From positions 20,713 through 84,712 of the forward strand of contig JBBTRR010000006.1 in assembly GCA_038065095.1 (NCBI GenBank): a stretch of 64,000 nucleotides of DNA, written 5' to 3'. Shown here in pieces: positions 1 through 9,562 of the stretch (positions are counted from its first letter, which is position 1; every line of letters begins with the position of its first letter). This DNA comes from Patescibacteria group bacterium (GTDB lineage Bacteria > Patescibacteriota > Minisyncoccia > JACQLN01). Position numbers and translations under genes: made by a program. The notes beneath the pieces are model-generated. The model saw only the letters and a list, made by a program, of their open reading frames with translations, searched no databases and had not been told where the DNA came from.

Positions 1-948
1 AATACTCAAAAAATAGACACACTTATTCAATTAATTAAAAACACTGAGCTTAATGGTGTGGTACTAGATGTAAAAGATGCTACTGGCTATTTAACTTACA
101 CAGTAAATGTGCCACTGGCCGAACAAATTGGAGCTAACAACCAAATTAAAGTTCGTAATATAGACGATCTAATAAATAAGTTTCATAAAGAAAATATTTA
201 TGTAATTGGCAGAGTTCAGGTTTTTCAAGACCCAGTCTTGGCTACTGGACGCCCAGATATTGCCATTAAAGAAACAAAAACCGGTAAAGTTTGGAAAGAT
301 AACAAAGGCCTTGCTTGGATAGATCCCTCCAGCCGAATTGCCTGGCAATACAACATAGATATTGGCAAAGATATGGCGGGCCATGGTTTTGATGAAATTA
401 ACTTTGATTATGTCCGTTTTCCATCCGACGGTGAAACCAATAAAATGGATTACCCATTCTGGAATGCAGTTCAACCTAAATACGAACTCATTGGCAGTTT
501 TTTTGCATACTTAAACCAAGAATTAAAAAGTTCCAATGTGCCAATTTCCGCCGATATTTTTGGACTTGCCGCATGGCGAGCTATGGATTTTAATTTTGAT
601 TTAAATATAGGCCAACGTTTAATAGATGCTTTGCCATATTTTGATTATGTTTCGCCCATGATTTATCCATCGCACTATCCAGATAATTTTGACGGCATTA
701 AAAAACCTGCTACAAAACCATACGAGATAATTAAAGGTTCGCTAACTGCTTGGCAAGATTTAAAAGCTACAACTTCTTATAAAGCTATCTTACGGCCGTG
801 GTTGCAAGATTTTGACCTTGGTGGAATAAAATACGATGCCGCAAAAGTGCGGGCGCAAATACAAGCTACTTATGATTCTAGCGTAGACAGCTGGCTGTTA
901 TGGAATTCGTCTAACCGCTATACTAAAGATGCTCTGTTGCCAGAATAG
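1..948 (+). CDS. TIM-barrel glycoside-hydrolase-like protein (DUF4015-like); 5' end lies upstream of the window
   Basis: Open frame runs from position 1 (ORF track starts at 58). FDEINFDYVRFP and YVSPMIYPSHY motifs resemble the putative glycosyl hydrolase family. Confidence 0.45.
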   Translation, partial: NTQKIDTLIQLIKNTELNGVVLDVKDATGYLTYTVNVPLAEQIGANNQIKVRNIDDLINKFHKENIYVIGRVQVFQDPVLATGRPDIAIKETKTGKVWKDNKGLAWIDPSSRIAWQYNIDIGKDMAGHGFDEINFDYVRFPSDGETNKMDYPFWNAVQPKYELIGSFFAYLNQELKSSNVPISADIFGLAAWRAMDFNFDLNIGQRLIDALPYFDYVSPMIYPSHYPDNFDGIKKPATKPYEIIKGSLTAWQDLKATTSYKAILRPWLQDFDLGGIKYDAAKVRAQIQATYDSSVDSWLLWNSSNRYTKDALLPE

Positions 949-976
949 CTTAAAAACTATACAATCTGAGAATTAT

Positions 977-1354
977 ATGGACCTATTTGATTACCAAAAC
1001 TTAATACTCCTTTTTGCCAGAATTGTTCTGGGTGTTACTTTTATTGCTCACGGCTGGCCTAAAATAAAAAACCCTACCGGCATGGCCGATTGGCTTAAAA
1101 GCATGCGTTTTCCGGCCACAAGGCTGATGTCTATAATAGTAGCCATAGTAGAGTTTTTTGGTGGATTAGCCATTCTGTTTGGTGTATACACACAACTTCC
1201 GGCCATACTTATTGCTTTTAATATGCTAGTGGCAACAGGCGTTAGAAAAATCGCTAACAAAGACAAATGGGTTGGAGGATACGAACTAGATTTATCTTTA
1301 CTGGCTCTGGCTTTAATAATTGCTTTATATGGGCCGGGCGAATGGATTATATGA
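977..1354 (+). CDS. DoxX family membrane protein
   Basis: FARIVLGVTFIAHGWPKI DoxX-like N-terminus with 3-4 TM helices. ATG at 977 preferred over the ORF-track start. Confidence 0.6.
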   Translation: MDLFDYQNLILLFARIVLGVTFIAHGWPKIKNPTGMADWLKSMRFPATRLMSIIVAIVEFFGGLAILFGVYTQLPAILIAFNMLVATGVRKIANKDKWVGGYELDLSLLALALIIALYGPGEWII

Positions 1355-1956
1355 AAAAGAAAATAAAAGCTATAAAAAATGATAATTCCATATCTCCAGT
1401 GGCTATTTTAATAGCTATTATTTTTACTGTTTCGTTTTTCTTTTTTTATAAGGAAAATCCAAAACCAAAAGAAACCGAAGCCGCACCTGTGGTTCAAGAC
1501 CCAACTTTCGGCTGGTATTTACATCAAACAAAAACCAATAATCTTTTTCAAGTTAAGTATCCTTATGGCTGGCATGCTACTTATAGCGGTGGTTTTATAG
1601 GTGAAGAAAATTTATATGTAGAAAGCCCAGATAAAAAAACCGTAATAAAAATAATGGCTAGAACCACCGAAAAATATACAAATATTGAATCACTTTTAAA
1701 AGATATAGATACAATCAACGCCAAAAATAATAGCTTTTATTTGATCAAACAAGAAGATGCTGTAGTAGATGGAAACACTGCTATTAGACGCGAAGAATAT
1801 TTAGCTGGCGAAAAAACAACTTCTATAATTACTTATGTATTAAAAGATAAATCTATAGTACAATTACAAGTAGATTTTATAGGATCCGAGAACATAAATG
1901 CTGAACAAATATCCTTTTATAGCTTAGTAGCCGATACGCTTAAATTCACCCCGTAA
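1351..1956 (+). CDS. hypothetical membrane-anchored/secreted protein
   Basis: ATGA overlap with the doxX stop. N-terminal TM/signal anchor (VAILIAIIFTVSFFFF). No recognisable domain. Confidence 0.4.
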   Translation: MKKKIKAIKNDNSISPVAILIAIIFTVSFFFFYKENPKPKETEAAPVVQDPTFGWYLHQTKTNNLFQVKYPYGWHATYSGGFIGEENLYVESPDKKTVIKIMARTTEKYTNIESLLKDIDTINAKNNSFYLIKQEDAVVDGNTAIRREEYLAGEKTTSIITYVLKDKSIVQLQVDFIGSENINAEQISFYSLVADTLKFTP

Positions 1957-1968
1957 TATTTAGTTTCA

Positions 1969-2712
1969 ATGTCCGAAAAAATAATAAGTGTAAAAAACTT
2001 AGGTTTTGGTTTTGGTAAAAGACAAATTCTAAAAAATGTCACCTTTGATATTACCGAGGGTGATATTTTGGCTATTATTGGCCCGAATGGCGCCGGTAAA
2101 ACAATGTTAGTGCGAAGTATTTTAGGTTTAAATGATAACTACACCGGCGATATTGTTTGGCATAAAAAACCAGAAACAGGTTATGTGCCACAAAAAATAT
2201 CTTTTGAAAAAGGTTTTCCTCTAACAGTTAAAGAATTTTTTTTGTTTGAAACAGGGAGTAATTTAAACTTTTGGTGGCCTAATAAAAAGAAAGAAGAAGA
2301 AATTAAACAAAGATTAGACGACGTAAAAATTGGCCATTTAATAAATGAAAGACTGGGCGATCTTTCCCAAGGCGAAATGCAAAGAATGTTAATTGCCAGA
2401 AGCCTGCTAGAAAACCCAAAACTTATTTTCTTTGATGAACCCGCTGCTGGCATAGATATTAGCACCGAAGAAACTGTTTATAATTTACTTTACGATTTAT
2501 ACAAGAAGCTAAATTTAACAATGGTTATGGTTTCACACGAACTTTCGGTTGTTTATAGGTTTGCCACCAAAGTTATTTGTTTAAACAAAGATTTGGTTTG
2601 CCAAGGCACACCCCAAGAAGTATTAACCCCCGAAGCTTTACAGGAAGTTTTTGGCCATCATGCTTCAGTTTATAAACATGCACATAATTTAGAACATGAT
2701 CATTCTTCCTAA
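1969..2712 (+). CDS. znuC: metal (Zn/Mn-type) ABC transporter ATP-binding protein
   Basis: Walker A GPNGAGKT, signature LSQGEMQRM, Walker B LIFFDEP. ZnuC/MntB-like length. Confidence 0.8.
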   Translation: MSEKIISVKNLGFGFGKRQILKNVTFDITEGDILAIIGPNGAGKTMLVRSILGLNDNYTGDIVWHKKPETGYVPQKISFEKGFPLTVKEFFLFETGSNLNFWWPNKKKEEEIKQRLDDVKIGHLINERLGDLSQGEMQRMLIARSLLENPKLIFFDEPAAGIDISTEETVYNLLYDLYKKLNLTMVMVSHELSVVYRFATKVICLNKDLVCQGTPQEVLTPEALQEVFGHHASVYKHAHNLEHDHSS

Positions 2713-2743
2713 TTTCTAATTACTAATATCTAATTCCTAAACA

Positions 2744-3538
2744 ATGGATTGGCTTGAAATATTAAATAACATTTACCCTATACTAATAAGCTTATCACTT
2801 GGGCTTTCGTTGCCTTTGATAGGTGTTTTTGTTATTTTACGCCGTGAAGCTTTATTACCCGACGCAATTTCTCATATCATACTTTTAGGCATAGCGCTTT
2901 CTATTACTTTCAAAATAAACCCTTTGGTCGGCATATTAGCTTTTGCTGTATTAGCTGGTTTAGCTATTTCCTTGCTAAAAAATAAAGCCAATTTAGCCTT
3001 AGATGCTATAGTAGGAGTTTTTTTTACAACATCTTTAGCCTTAGGTTCGCTTTTAATACCTTCCGAAGAACTTTTAGAAACATTTTTAGGCAATATAGAA
3101 AAACTAACAAGAGGAGATGTTTTATTATCCACTGTACTTGCCCTAATAATAATTATTAGTTTGTTAGTTAAATTTAGAGACTTTGCTTTTGTTTCTTTTG
3201 CGCCAGACTTAGCCAAAGTAGATAAAATAAATGTAAAAAAATACGAAATATTTTTCGTATTACTTCTTTCGCTGGGCGTGGCTATTGGCATTAAACTAAT
3301 GGGTACACTTTTGGTTAGTGCTTTAATAATTGTTCCCGCCGCTACCGCCAAAATATTTAGTTTTCAAATTCGCCCTATGACGGGCTGGAGTATGATCTTT
3401 GGTTTACTTTCTGTTTTAGTGGGACTAGGCACTACCACAACCTTAAATTCTCCTCCGGGGCCAACCATAATTTTGATAAGTGCCAGTATCTTCTTTTTAA
3501 CTTTTGTAATGCATTCTATATTTAGAAAGCGTAATTGA
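2744..3538 (+). CDS. znuB: metal ABC transporter permease (ZnuB/ABC-3 family)
   Basis: About 8 TM helices, ABC-3 permease-like. Adjacent to the ATPase. No substrate-binding protein adjacent. Confidence 0.7.
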   Translation: MDWLEILNNIYPILISLSLGLSLPLIGVFVILRREALLPDAISHIILLGIALSITFKINPLVGILAFAVLAGLAISLLKNKANLALDAIVGVFFTTSLALGSLLIPSEELLETFLGNIEKLTRGDVLLSTVLALIIIISLLVKFRDFAFVSFAPDLAKVDKINVKKYEIFFVLLLSLGVAIGIKLMGTLLVSALIIVPAATAKIFSFQIRPMTGWSMIFGLLSVLVGLGTTTTLNSPPGPTIILISASIFFLTFVMHSIFRKRN

Positions 3539-3554
3539 TTTATCTTAAAAGGCA

Positions 3555-3884
3555 GTGAAATTATCTAACGAATTTCACAAGAATGTAAAAGAGATTATCC
3601 CATCAAAAGACGGTAGGTTTTTGGTTAAAATTTGCGGAGATTCTATGATTGATGCCAATATAAACAATGGAGATACCGTACTTGTTGAAGAATTAAAAGA
3701 GTTTATTTCTGGTGATATAGTGCTGGCTTATAACGGCAAAAATCCCGTTATTGGAAAATTTATGTCTACAGATGAACCGCCTTATGTATATTTAAAACCA
3801 GAAAATTCAAATTATTCAAATATTTTATTTACTGATAGTATAAGAATGAAGGGAAAAGTTGTTTCGATTATTAAAAAACAATAA
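3555..3884 (+). CDS. UmuD'-like S24 peptidase (LexA C-terminal domain only; no HTH, no cleavable arm)
   Basis: GDSM Ser-nucleophile motif and downstream GK (Lys general base). Aligns with the UmuD' core ([21 protein letters not shown]). Only 109 aa. Confidence 0.65.
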   Translation: MKLSNEFHKNVKEIIPSKDGRFLVKICGDSMIDANINNGDTVLVEELKEFISGDIVLAYNGKNPVIGKFMSTDEPPYVYLKPENSNYSNILFTDSIRMKGKVVSIIKKQ

Positions 3885-5478
3885 AATAGCTGGGATGCAA
3901 CAAGAAAAACTACTAACGATTAAAGAAGCGAGCCAGTGGGCAACTAATCTTTTAAAACGGGATGTTAGTGAATCTAATATCTCGTATTTAGTGCAGTATG
4001 GGAAGGTTAAAAAACATAACGGTGGTAGTTCTGTTTTTATTGATATAGATGATTTAAAAAAATATTATGATTCATACCAAGGTAAAAGAGAAACAGACTG
4101 GAAAATAAAACTGGGTAATGATTTAAATTGGGCATTATCCTTTGATAATCTTCGGGAAATAGACACAACAAAACATGTCCACCGCCTACACCCTTATAAA
4201 GGAAAATTTATTCCTCAACTAGTTCAATATTTTGTTGATGATCATACTGATAATTTTAAAAAAGAAGTTTATTTTAAGACTGGTAATGTTATTTTAGATC
4301 CATTTTCTGGTTCAGGTACAACTTTAGTCCAAGCACAAGAAATGGGTATACACTCTATAGGAATTGATGTATCAAATTTTAATTGTATAATGGCAGAAGT
4401 AAAGCTTCTTAATTACGATCTAATAAAACTAGAAGAAGAAATAAAAAAAATAAAACAGACAATACAAAATTACGAAGTAGATAACAAAATTATGATTTTT
4501 GAAAATGAGTTATCAGCCAAAATAACTAGCTTTAATACTAAATATTTTCCAAGTCCCCAATTTAAATACGATCTTCAGCAAAAACATATTAATGAGAATA
4601 AATATGCAATAGAAAAAGAAAGTGAATTTCTAAAGATTTATAATGGTTTAATTAAGAAATACAATATTGAATTAAACAATTTTTCTGCCAAAAGCTTTTT
4701 AGATAAATGGTATATAGGAAATATCAGAAAAGAAATCAGGTTTGCTTTTGAGCAAATCAAAAAAATAAAAGATAGAAAAAATAAAAAAATAATTGCAATA
4801 GTTTTAAGCCGTACTATTAGATCGTGCCGCGCCACAACACATTCAGATTTAGCCACTCTAAAAGAGCCGCAGATAACAACATACTATTGCTGGAAACATA
4901 AGAAAATTTGCAAACCGCTTTTCTCAATAAAAGATTGGTTTGACCGTTACGCCACCGATACAGTTTATAGGCTTAAAATATTTACAAAACTAAAAACTAA
5001 CTCCCATTTTACAGTCATACCCGCAGACTCTCGTACAGTTGATATTTTTAAAGAAATAGAAAAAAGGAATAAGGAATTTTACAAAATTCTAAAAAAACAG
5101 AAAATAAGTGGCATTTTTACTTCTCCGCCATATGTTGGACAAATTGATTACCACGAACAACATGCTTACGCCTACGATTTATTTGGATTTAAAAGAAATG
5201 ATGATATGGAAATAGGACCTCTTTATAAAGGGCAAGGTAAAGAGGCTAAAGAATCTTATATAGACGGAATTTCAAAAGTCTTGCTAAACTCTAAGAGGTT
5301 TTTAGCTGATGGTTTTAATATTTTTTTAGTTGCAAATGATAAATATAACCTGTATCCTACAATTGCCGAAAGAGCGGGAATGAAGATTGTAAACCAATAC
5401 AAGCGACCTGTGCTAAATAGAACCGAGCGAGATAAATCACCTTATTCAGAAATCATATTTCACTTAAAAAATATATAA
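3859..5478 (+). CDS. DNA amino-methyltransferase (N4-C or N6-A), motif I precedes motif IV
   Basis: HPYKGKFIPQL, then LDPFSGSGTT (motif I), then a roughly 270-aa TRD-like spacer, then SPPY (motif IV). N-terminal HTH-like LLTIKEASQWA. Overlaps the S24 gene by 26 nt; alternative start at 3895. Confidence 0.8.
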   Translation: MFRLLKNNKIAGMQQEKLLTIKEASQWATNLLKRDVSESNISYLVQYGKVKKHNGGSSVFIDIDDLKKYYDSYQGKRETDWKIKLGNDLNWALSFDNLREIDTTKHVHRLHPYKGKFIPQLVQYFVDDHTDNFKKEVYFKTGNVILDPFSGSGTTLVQAQEMGIHSIGIDVSNFNCIMAEVKLLNYDLIKLEEEIKKIKQTIQNYEVDNKIMIFENELSAKITSFNTKYFPSPQFKYDLQQKHINENKYAIEKESEFLKIYNGLIKKYNIELNNFSAKSFLDKWYIGNIRKEIRFAFEQIKKIKDRKNKKIIAIVLSRTIRSCRATTHSDLATLKEPQITTYYCWKHKKICKPLFSIKDWFDRYATDTVYRLKIFTKLKTNSHFTVIPADSRTVDIFKEIEKRNKEFYKILKKQKISGIFTSPPYVGQIDYHEQHAYAYDLFGFKRNDDMEIGPLYKGQGKEAKESYIDGISKVLLNSKRFLADGFNIFLVANDKYNLYPTIAERAGMKIVNQYKRPVLNRTERDKSPYSEIIFHLKNI

Positions 5479-5479
5479 T

Positions 5480-6259
5480 ATGGCTTTATCAAACACACAA
5501 AAAAGCAAAATTTCGGCATTATTAGAAAGAAAAATTGAAGATAAACTTCGTCGTTATACCCGCGAAACTTCTTCAATGCCATTTTTAGCTCGTCTTATTC
5601 AAGATAGCGAGAAAGTTGCAGCATATTCTTTCATACATTCAGTGGCAACCACACTCGGTATGTCAATCTACGAACATATCTCGGTTATTCTCGCTGAAGA
5701 AACAGCAACAGAATGTTTTAGAAATTATGATGTTGGCGGTGTTATTTCGCGTGAGCAAAAATCAGTTATCGATGATATAGTCAGAAAACTTCGCAATGGT
5801 GAAAGAGAAGTTAATAACACACAAGAAATAAAATTAGTACTTAATGCTTCTGCTAAAGATGGAAAGGCACAAAAAGAAGGTAAAATCGCTGATTTTTATA
5901 TGAAGCGAGACGGAAGAGAATACTACTTTGAGATTAAGACAGTAAAACCCAATATAGATGTTTTTACAAAATCAAAAACAAAACTTTTGGAATGGGTAGC
6001 GCGCCGCCGAAGTCCAATCAAAGTTTTCCTCGCTTTTCCATATAATCCATACCATCCACAACCATACGAGCGATTTACAGAACAAGGTGTTTTGGATAGG
6101 GGAAAAGAATTTTTAATCGGCAAAGAATACTGGGATTTTCTTGGTGGCGAGAATACTTTTGAAGAATTGCTATCACTTTTTGATAATATTGGTAAAAAAT
6201 TCAAAGAAAAAATAAAAAATAAAATTCAAGAAGTGGCGCAAAATAGAATGTCCAGTTAA
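5480..6259 (+). CDS. putative type II restriction endonuclease (PD-(D/E)xK)
   Basis: Starts 1 nt after the MTase stop. ADFYM...(12 aa)...FEIKTVKP fits D-x(n)-E-x-K. No other domain evident. Confidence 0.55.
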   Translation: MALSNTQKSKISALLERKIEDKLRRYTRETSSMPFLARLIQDSEKVAAYSFIHSVATTLGMSIYEHISVILAEETATECFRNYDVGGVISREQKSVIDDIVRKLRNGEREVNNTQEIKLVLNASAKDGKAQKEGKIADFYMKRDGREYYFEIKTVKPNIDVFTKSKTKLLEWVARRRSPIKVFLAFPYNPYHPQPYERFTEQGVLDRGKEFLIGKEYWDFLGGENTFEELLSLFDNIGKKFKEKIKNKIQEVAQNRMSS

Positions 6260-6282
6260 TATCTTTATTTAAGAAAAAATTT

Positions 6283-6594
6283 ATGGAAATAGAATCAAAA
6301 CAACAAATTTTTGAACGACGGAAAGAAATCGAACAGGAACTCGTGAATATGCTTAAAGAAACTAAGAATGATTTTAATTTAGAATATATCAAGGATATCA
6401 TTTATAACGAAGATGATGGTGATGATTTAATGAAAGTTCTTGCTGTTTTTGACCAGGGACAAGATACTGATGAACTGAACAATATCCTTGAATTAGTAAA
6501 CGATGCCTGGAATTACTTTCCCCATAAAATCATAAACGGTCTTTCCCCAGCCGAAAAATTACTAGAATATCAAAAGAGTGAAAAACTATCCTAG
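6283..6594 (+). CDS. small acidic hypothetical protein
   Basis: 103 aa, D/E-rich (NEDDGDDLMKV). Immediately downstream of the REase. Confidence 0.4.
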   Translation: MEIESKQQIFERRKEIEQELVNMLKETKNDFNLEYIKDIIYNEDDGDDLMKVLAVFDQGQDTDELNNILELVNDAWNYFPHKIINGLSPAEKLLEYQKSEKLS

Positions 6595-7536
6595 TTTTTG
6601 TCCCACAATTTCTTTGTGACCATTTAAAAAATCTTGGGCATTTAGTATTTTTGAACCTTCGGGTTGAACTCTAATTAATTTTATTGCGCCATCGTTACAG
6701 GCGATATAGAGATTTTTAGATTCGTCTGTAAAAACTTCGCCTGACAACTTTTGTCCAACCTCGGAGGTTTGACACTTCTCCAATTCAATTAATTTGAGGC
6801 GGATGTTTTGGCCCGACTTGTTTTTGAAAAAAGTATATACACTTGGCCAATTTATGTAAGCTCGCCATAAATTATAAACTTCTTCAGCCGACATTTTTTG
6901 GTAATCAACCAAGCCATCTTCTTTTTTTATTAACTTGGTAAAAGTAGCTTCAGTGTGGTTTTGTTCTTGTGGTTTAATTTCGCCCGAAACATATTTGGGC
7001 AAATCACGAATTAGCATAGAAGCCCCTATTTGAGCTAATTGAAATTCTAAAGTTAAATAGTTCTCGCTTTGATCAATTAAAAAAACCTCTTGTGAAATTA
7101 CAGGACCATGATCCATCTTTTCGTCTATTACCATAAGCGATACACCTGTTTCGGTTAAACCCTGTGCTAAAGCATTTTGAATAGGCGATGGGCCACGTAA
7201 GCGCGGTAAAAGCGAAGGATGAATATTTATAGTTTTAAACTTTGGAATCTCAAGTACTTCTAGGGGAAGTAACTGGCCATAAGAAATCACTATCATAACG
7301 TCGGGATTTATATTTTTGATTTCACTGCTAATATCTTCAATAGAGATTGGTGTAGTCAAATTTAAATTTAATTCTTTAGCTAATTTAGAAACAGGGGAAT
7401 CTATTAATTGATTTTTGCGACCAGCAGGTTTAGCAGGTTCCGAAATAACCAAAGAAATATCCCAGTCCGTTTGAGATGTTATAGCTTTTAATATAGGAAC
7501 CGCAAATTCGCTGGTACCAGCAAATATTATCTTCAT
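6586..7536 (-). CDS. fmt: methionyl-tRNA formyltransferase
   Basis: MKIIFAGTSEFAVPIL N-terminus and formyl-transferase core with C-terminal domain. 316 aa. Confidence 0.9.
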   Translation of the reverse strand: MKIIFAGTSEFAVPILKAITSQTDWDISLVISEPAKPAGRKNQLIDSPVSKLAKELNLNLTTPISIEDISSEIKNINPDVMIVISYGQLLPLEVLEIPKFKTINIHPSLLPRLRGPSPIQNALAQGLTETGVSLMVIDEKMDHGPVISQEVFLIDQSENYLTLEFQLAQIGASMLIRDLPKYVSGEIKPQEQNHTEATFTKLIKKEDGLVDYQKMSAEEVYNLWRAYINWPSVYTFFKNKSGQNIRLKLIELEKCQTSEVGQKLSGEVFTDESKNLYIACNDGAIKLIRVQPEGSKILNAQDFLNGHKEIVGQKLG

Positions 7537-7602
7537 CGCTCAAATTATACTTAATTGTTTTGCAAATAGCTAGTAAATTGCTACTATAAAAGCAAGCAAA
7601 TT

Positions 7603-7890
7603 ATGCATATTGGCGATATAATAAGGGCTAACAAAGTTAATAAAAGACTTCATTCCAAAGAACATTTATTAGCCGAGGACATTTCTCGTTTAATGCACGA
7701 ACCTAAAAAATTTGCGGCATATTTAGGAATCGCTAATCTTTACCACGAAAGCGATTTACGAGGATTAGCTAAAAGAGTTATAGAAAAAAATAATCTACCT
7801 TTAGAAGCTAGGGGTAAATATTTTTTTGGAGCTTTAAAAGGACTAGTTAAAAAACCTACAGGAAAAATAGTTAAGGATTTTCCTAAATAG
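7603..7890 (+). CDS. hypothetical protein
   Basis: 95 aa. Its stop is 2 nt before the def start. Confidence 0.35.
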   Translation: MHIGDIIRANKVNKRLHSKEHLLAEDISRLMHEPKKFAAYLGIANLYHESDLRGLAKRVIEKNNLPLEARGKYFFGALKGLVKKPTGKIVKDFPK

Positions 7891-7891
7891 C

Positions 7892-8344
7892 ATGGAAATA
7901 ATTACAGGACCAAAAAATAAAATATTGCGAGCGAAATCTGAACTGGTAAAAGAAATCACGCCAGAAATTTTAAGCTTGGTTAAAGAAATGAAAGAAACTT
8001 TGGCTAAAGCCGAAAATGGTGTTGGTTTAGCCGCACCTCAAGTTGGTAAAAATATACGTTTGTTTGTGGCTGCCGAAGAAGTAGCCAAGGAAGGGCGCAT
8101 TGTTTTTATTAACCCAGAAATTACTCAGGTTTCTAAAAAACTTATAGGAGAAGAGGAGGGTTGTTTAAGTTTGCCTGGAGAATGGCACGAATTACCTCGA
8201 GCCGATAAAGTAACCATAAAAGCTATGAATGAAAAAGGTGAGAAATTTAAAATTAGAGTAAAGGGAATATTGGCCCGCTTAATGCTTCACGAAGTAGATC
8301 ATTTGAATGGCACTTTATTTATAGATCATTTAAAAAGTAAATAA
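7892..8344 (+). CDS. def: peptide deformylase
   Basis: GVGLAAPQ, EGCLSLPG and HEVDHLNG motifs. Confidence 0.92.
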   Translation: MEIITGPKNKILRAKSELVKEITPEILSLVKEMKETLAKAENGVGLAAPQVGKNIRLFVAAEEVAKEGRIVFINPEITQVSKKLIGEEEGCLSLPGEWHELPRADKVTIKAMNEKGEKFKIRVKGILARLMLHEVDHLNGTLFIDHLKSK

Positions 8345-8346
8345 AC

Positions 8347-8943
8347 TTGATAATTATTTATGCTATTTTTCAAAGAATAGTTTGGCTGGTTACTTTTATT
8401 TGTAGCCGGTTTTTTGGTTCGTTTAAAATTATTGGCCACGAAAATTTAAAATATTTAAAAAAACCTGTAATGATTATTTCTAACCACCAAGGTTTTTTTG
8501 ACCCGCTTATAATTGGTACAGTTTTTCCTTTCTTCTCTAACTATCTACCGATAACCTTTATGGTAGATGACAAATATTATAAAAATATATTTTTAAAACC
8601 TTTTTTTCTTTTAACCCAAACCTTTCCTTCTTATTATGGCCAAGGCTTAGATGTTTCTCTACGCGAACCCAGAAAAATTTTACGAAACGGCGGGGTATTT
8701 TTAATTTTCCCTACAGGTGAAAGGCACACATATGGCCCACGCCCTCGGCCTAAAAGAGGCGCTGCGGTTTTAGCCATAGAAATGCCAGATATTAATATTG
8801 TTCCAATATATATAAGCACAAATAAAAAGAAAACAACTCTTAACATAGGAAAATCATTTAAGTTAAGTGGCATTACAAACAGCCAAGATATTGAAACAGT
8901 TTCTCAACTTTTAGCCGAAAAAATATATGAGCTTGATGTATAA
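8347..8943 (+). CDS. plsC: lysophospholipid acyltransferase (PlsC family)
   Basis: NHQGFFD (HX4D) and FPTGER motifs. N-terminal TM. TTG start. Confidence 0.7.
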   Translation: MIIIYAIFQRIVWLVTFICSRFFGSFKIIGHENLKYLKKPVMIISNHQGFFDPLIIGTVFPFFSNYLPITFMVDDKYYKNIFLKPFFLLTQTFPSYYGQGLDVSLREPRKILRNGGVFLIFPTGERHTYGPRPRPKRGAAVLAIEMPDINIVPIYISTNKKKTTLNIGKSFKLSGITNSQDIETVSQLLAEKIYELDV

Positions 8944-8984
8944 ATATACTGAGCCAGCGATCGCTGGCTCAGTATAGATAAAAT

Positions 8985-9512
8985 ATGATGACTATATTAA
9001 TAATAACCGAAATAATAATCTTAACAGGGTTAGGCCTAGCTTTTTTATTTTTAGGCTTACCACTTCTTTTTACCGGCGCACCTTTTATGCCTTCGTATAA
9101 AAGAAATAAAAAAGATGTTCTAGAAGGTTTGTTTGAAATCGCTAAAAAAGAAAATGTTAAAAAAATTGTAGATGTAGGTTCGGGCGACGCTCGTGTGGTT
9201 ATAGAATTTGCCCGCCAAGGTTTTGAAAGCTACGGCATAGAATTTAACCCGCTACTTGTTTGGTATAGCCGTTATAAAATTAAACGATCAGGTTTAAAAA
9301 ATGCGCATATTATAAAAGGGAATTTTTGGAAAATAAATTTAAGCGAGTTTGATTTGGTTTATTTATTTCAACTTAATTACGTAAACGCATTATTAACTGA
9401 TAAATTTAAAAAGGAATTAAAAACCGGCGCTATTATTGCTAGTGCCGGCTTCCCAATGTTTGGTTTTGACCTTGTTAAACAAGAGGGGATATTTTGGGTT
9501 TATAGGAATTAA
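8985..9512 (+). CDS. class I SAM-dependent methyltransferase, membrane-anchored
   Basis: N-terminal TM then VDVGSGDARV motif I. Confidence 0.55.
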   Translation: MMTILIITEIIILTGLGLAFLFLGLPLLFTGAPFMPSYKRNKKDVLEGLFEIAKKENVKKIVDVGSGDARVVIEFARQGFESYGIEFNPLLVWYSRYKIKRSGLKNAHIIKGNFWKINLSEFDLVYLFQLNYVNALLTDKFKKELKTGAIIASAGFPMFGFDLVKQEGIFWVYRN

Positions 9513-9562
9513 GCATATTTGCCAAATAATATAATATTTAGTATAATAATCTATACGGAAAT

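Noticed and set aside
169-474. Antisense ORFs within well-supported genes (e.g. 169-474, 2872-3351, 41369-41725, 45854-46147, 56004-56516, 61544-62356)
   Set aside because: These are shadow ORFs opposite conserved genes (GH-like, znuB, groEL, uvrA, PGM, dnaJ), with no independent support.
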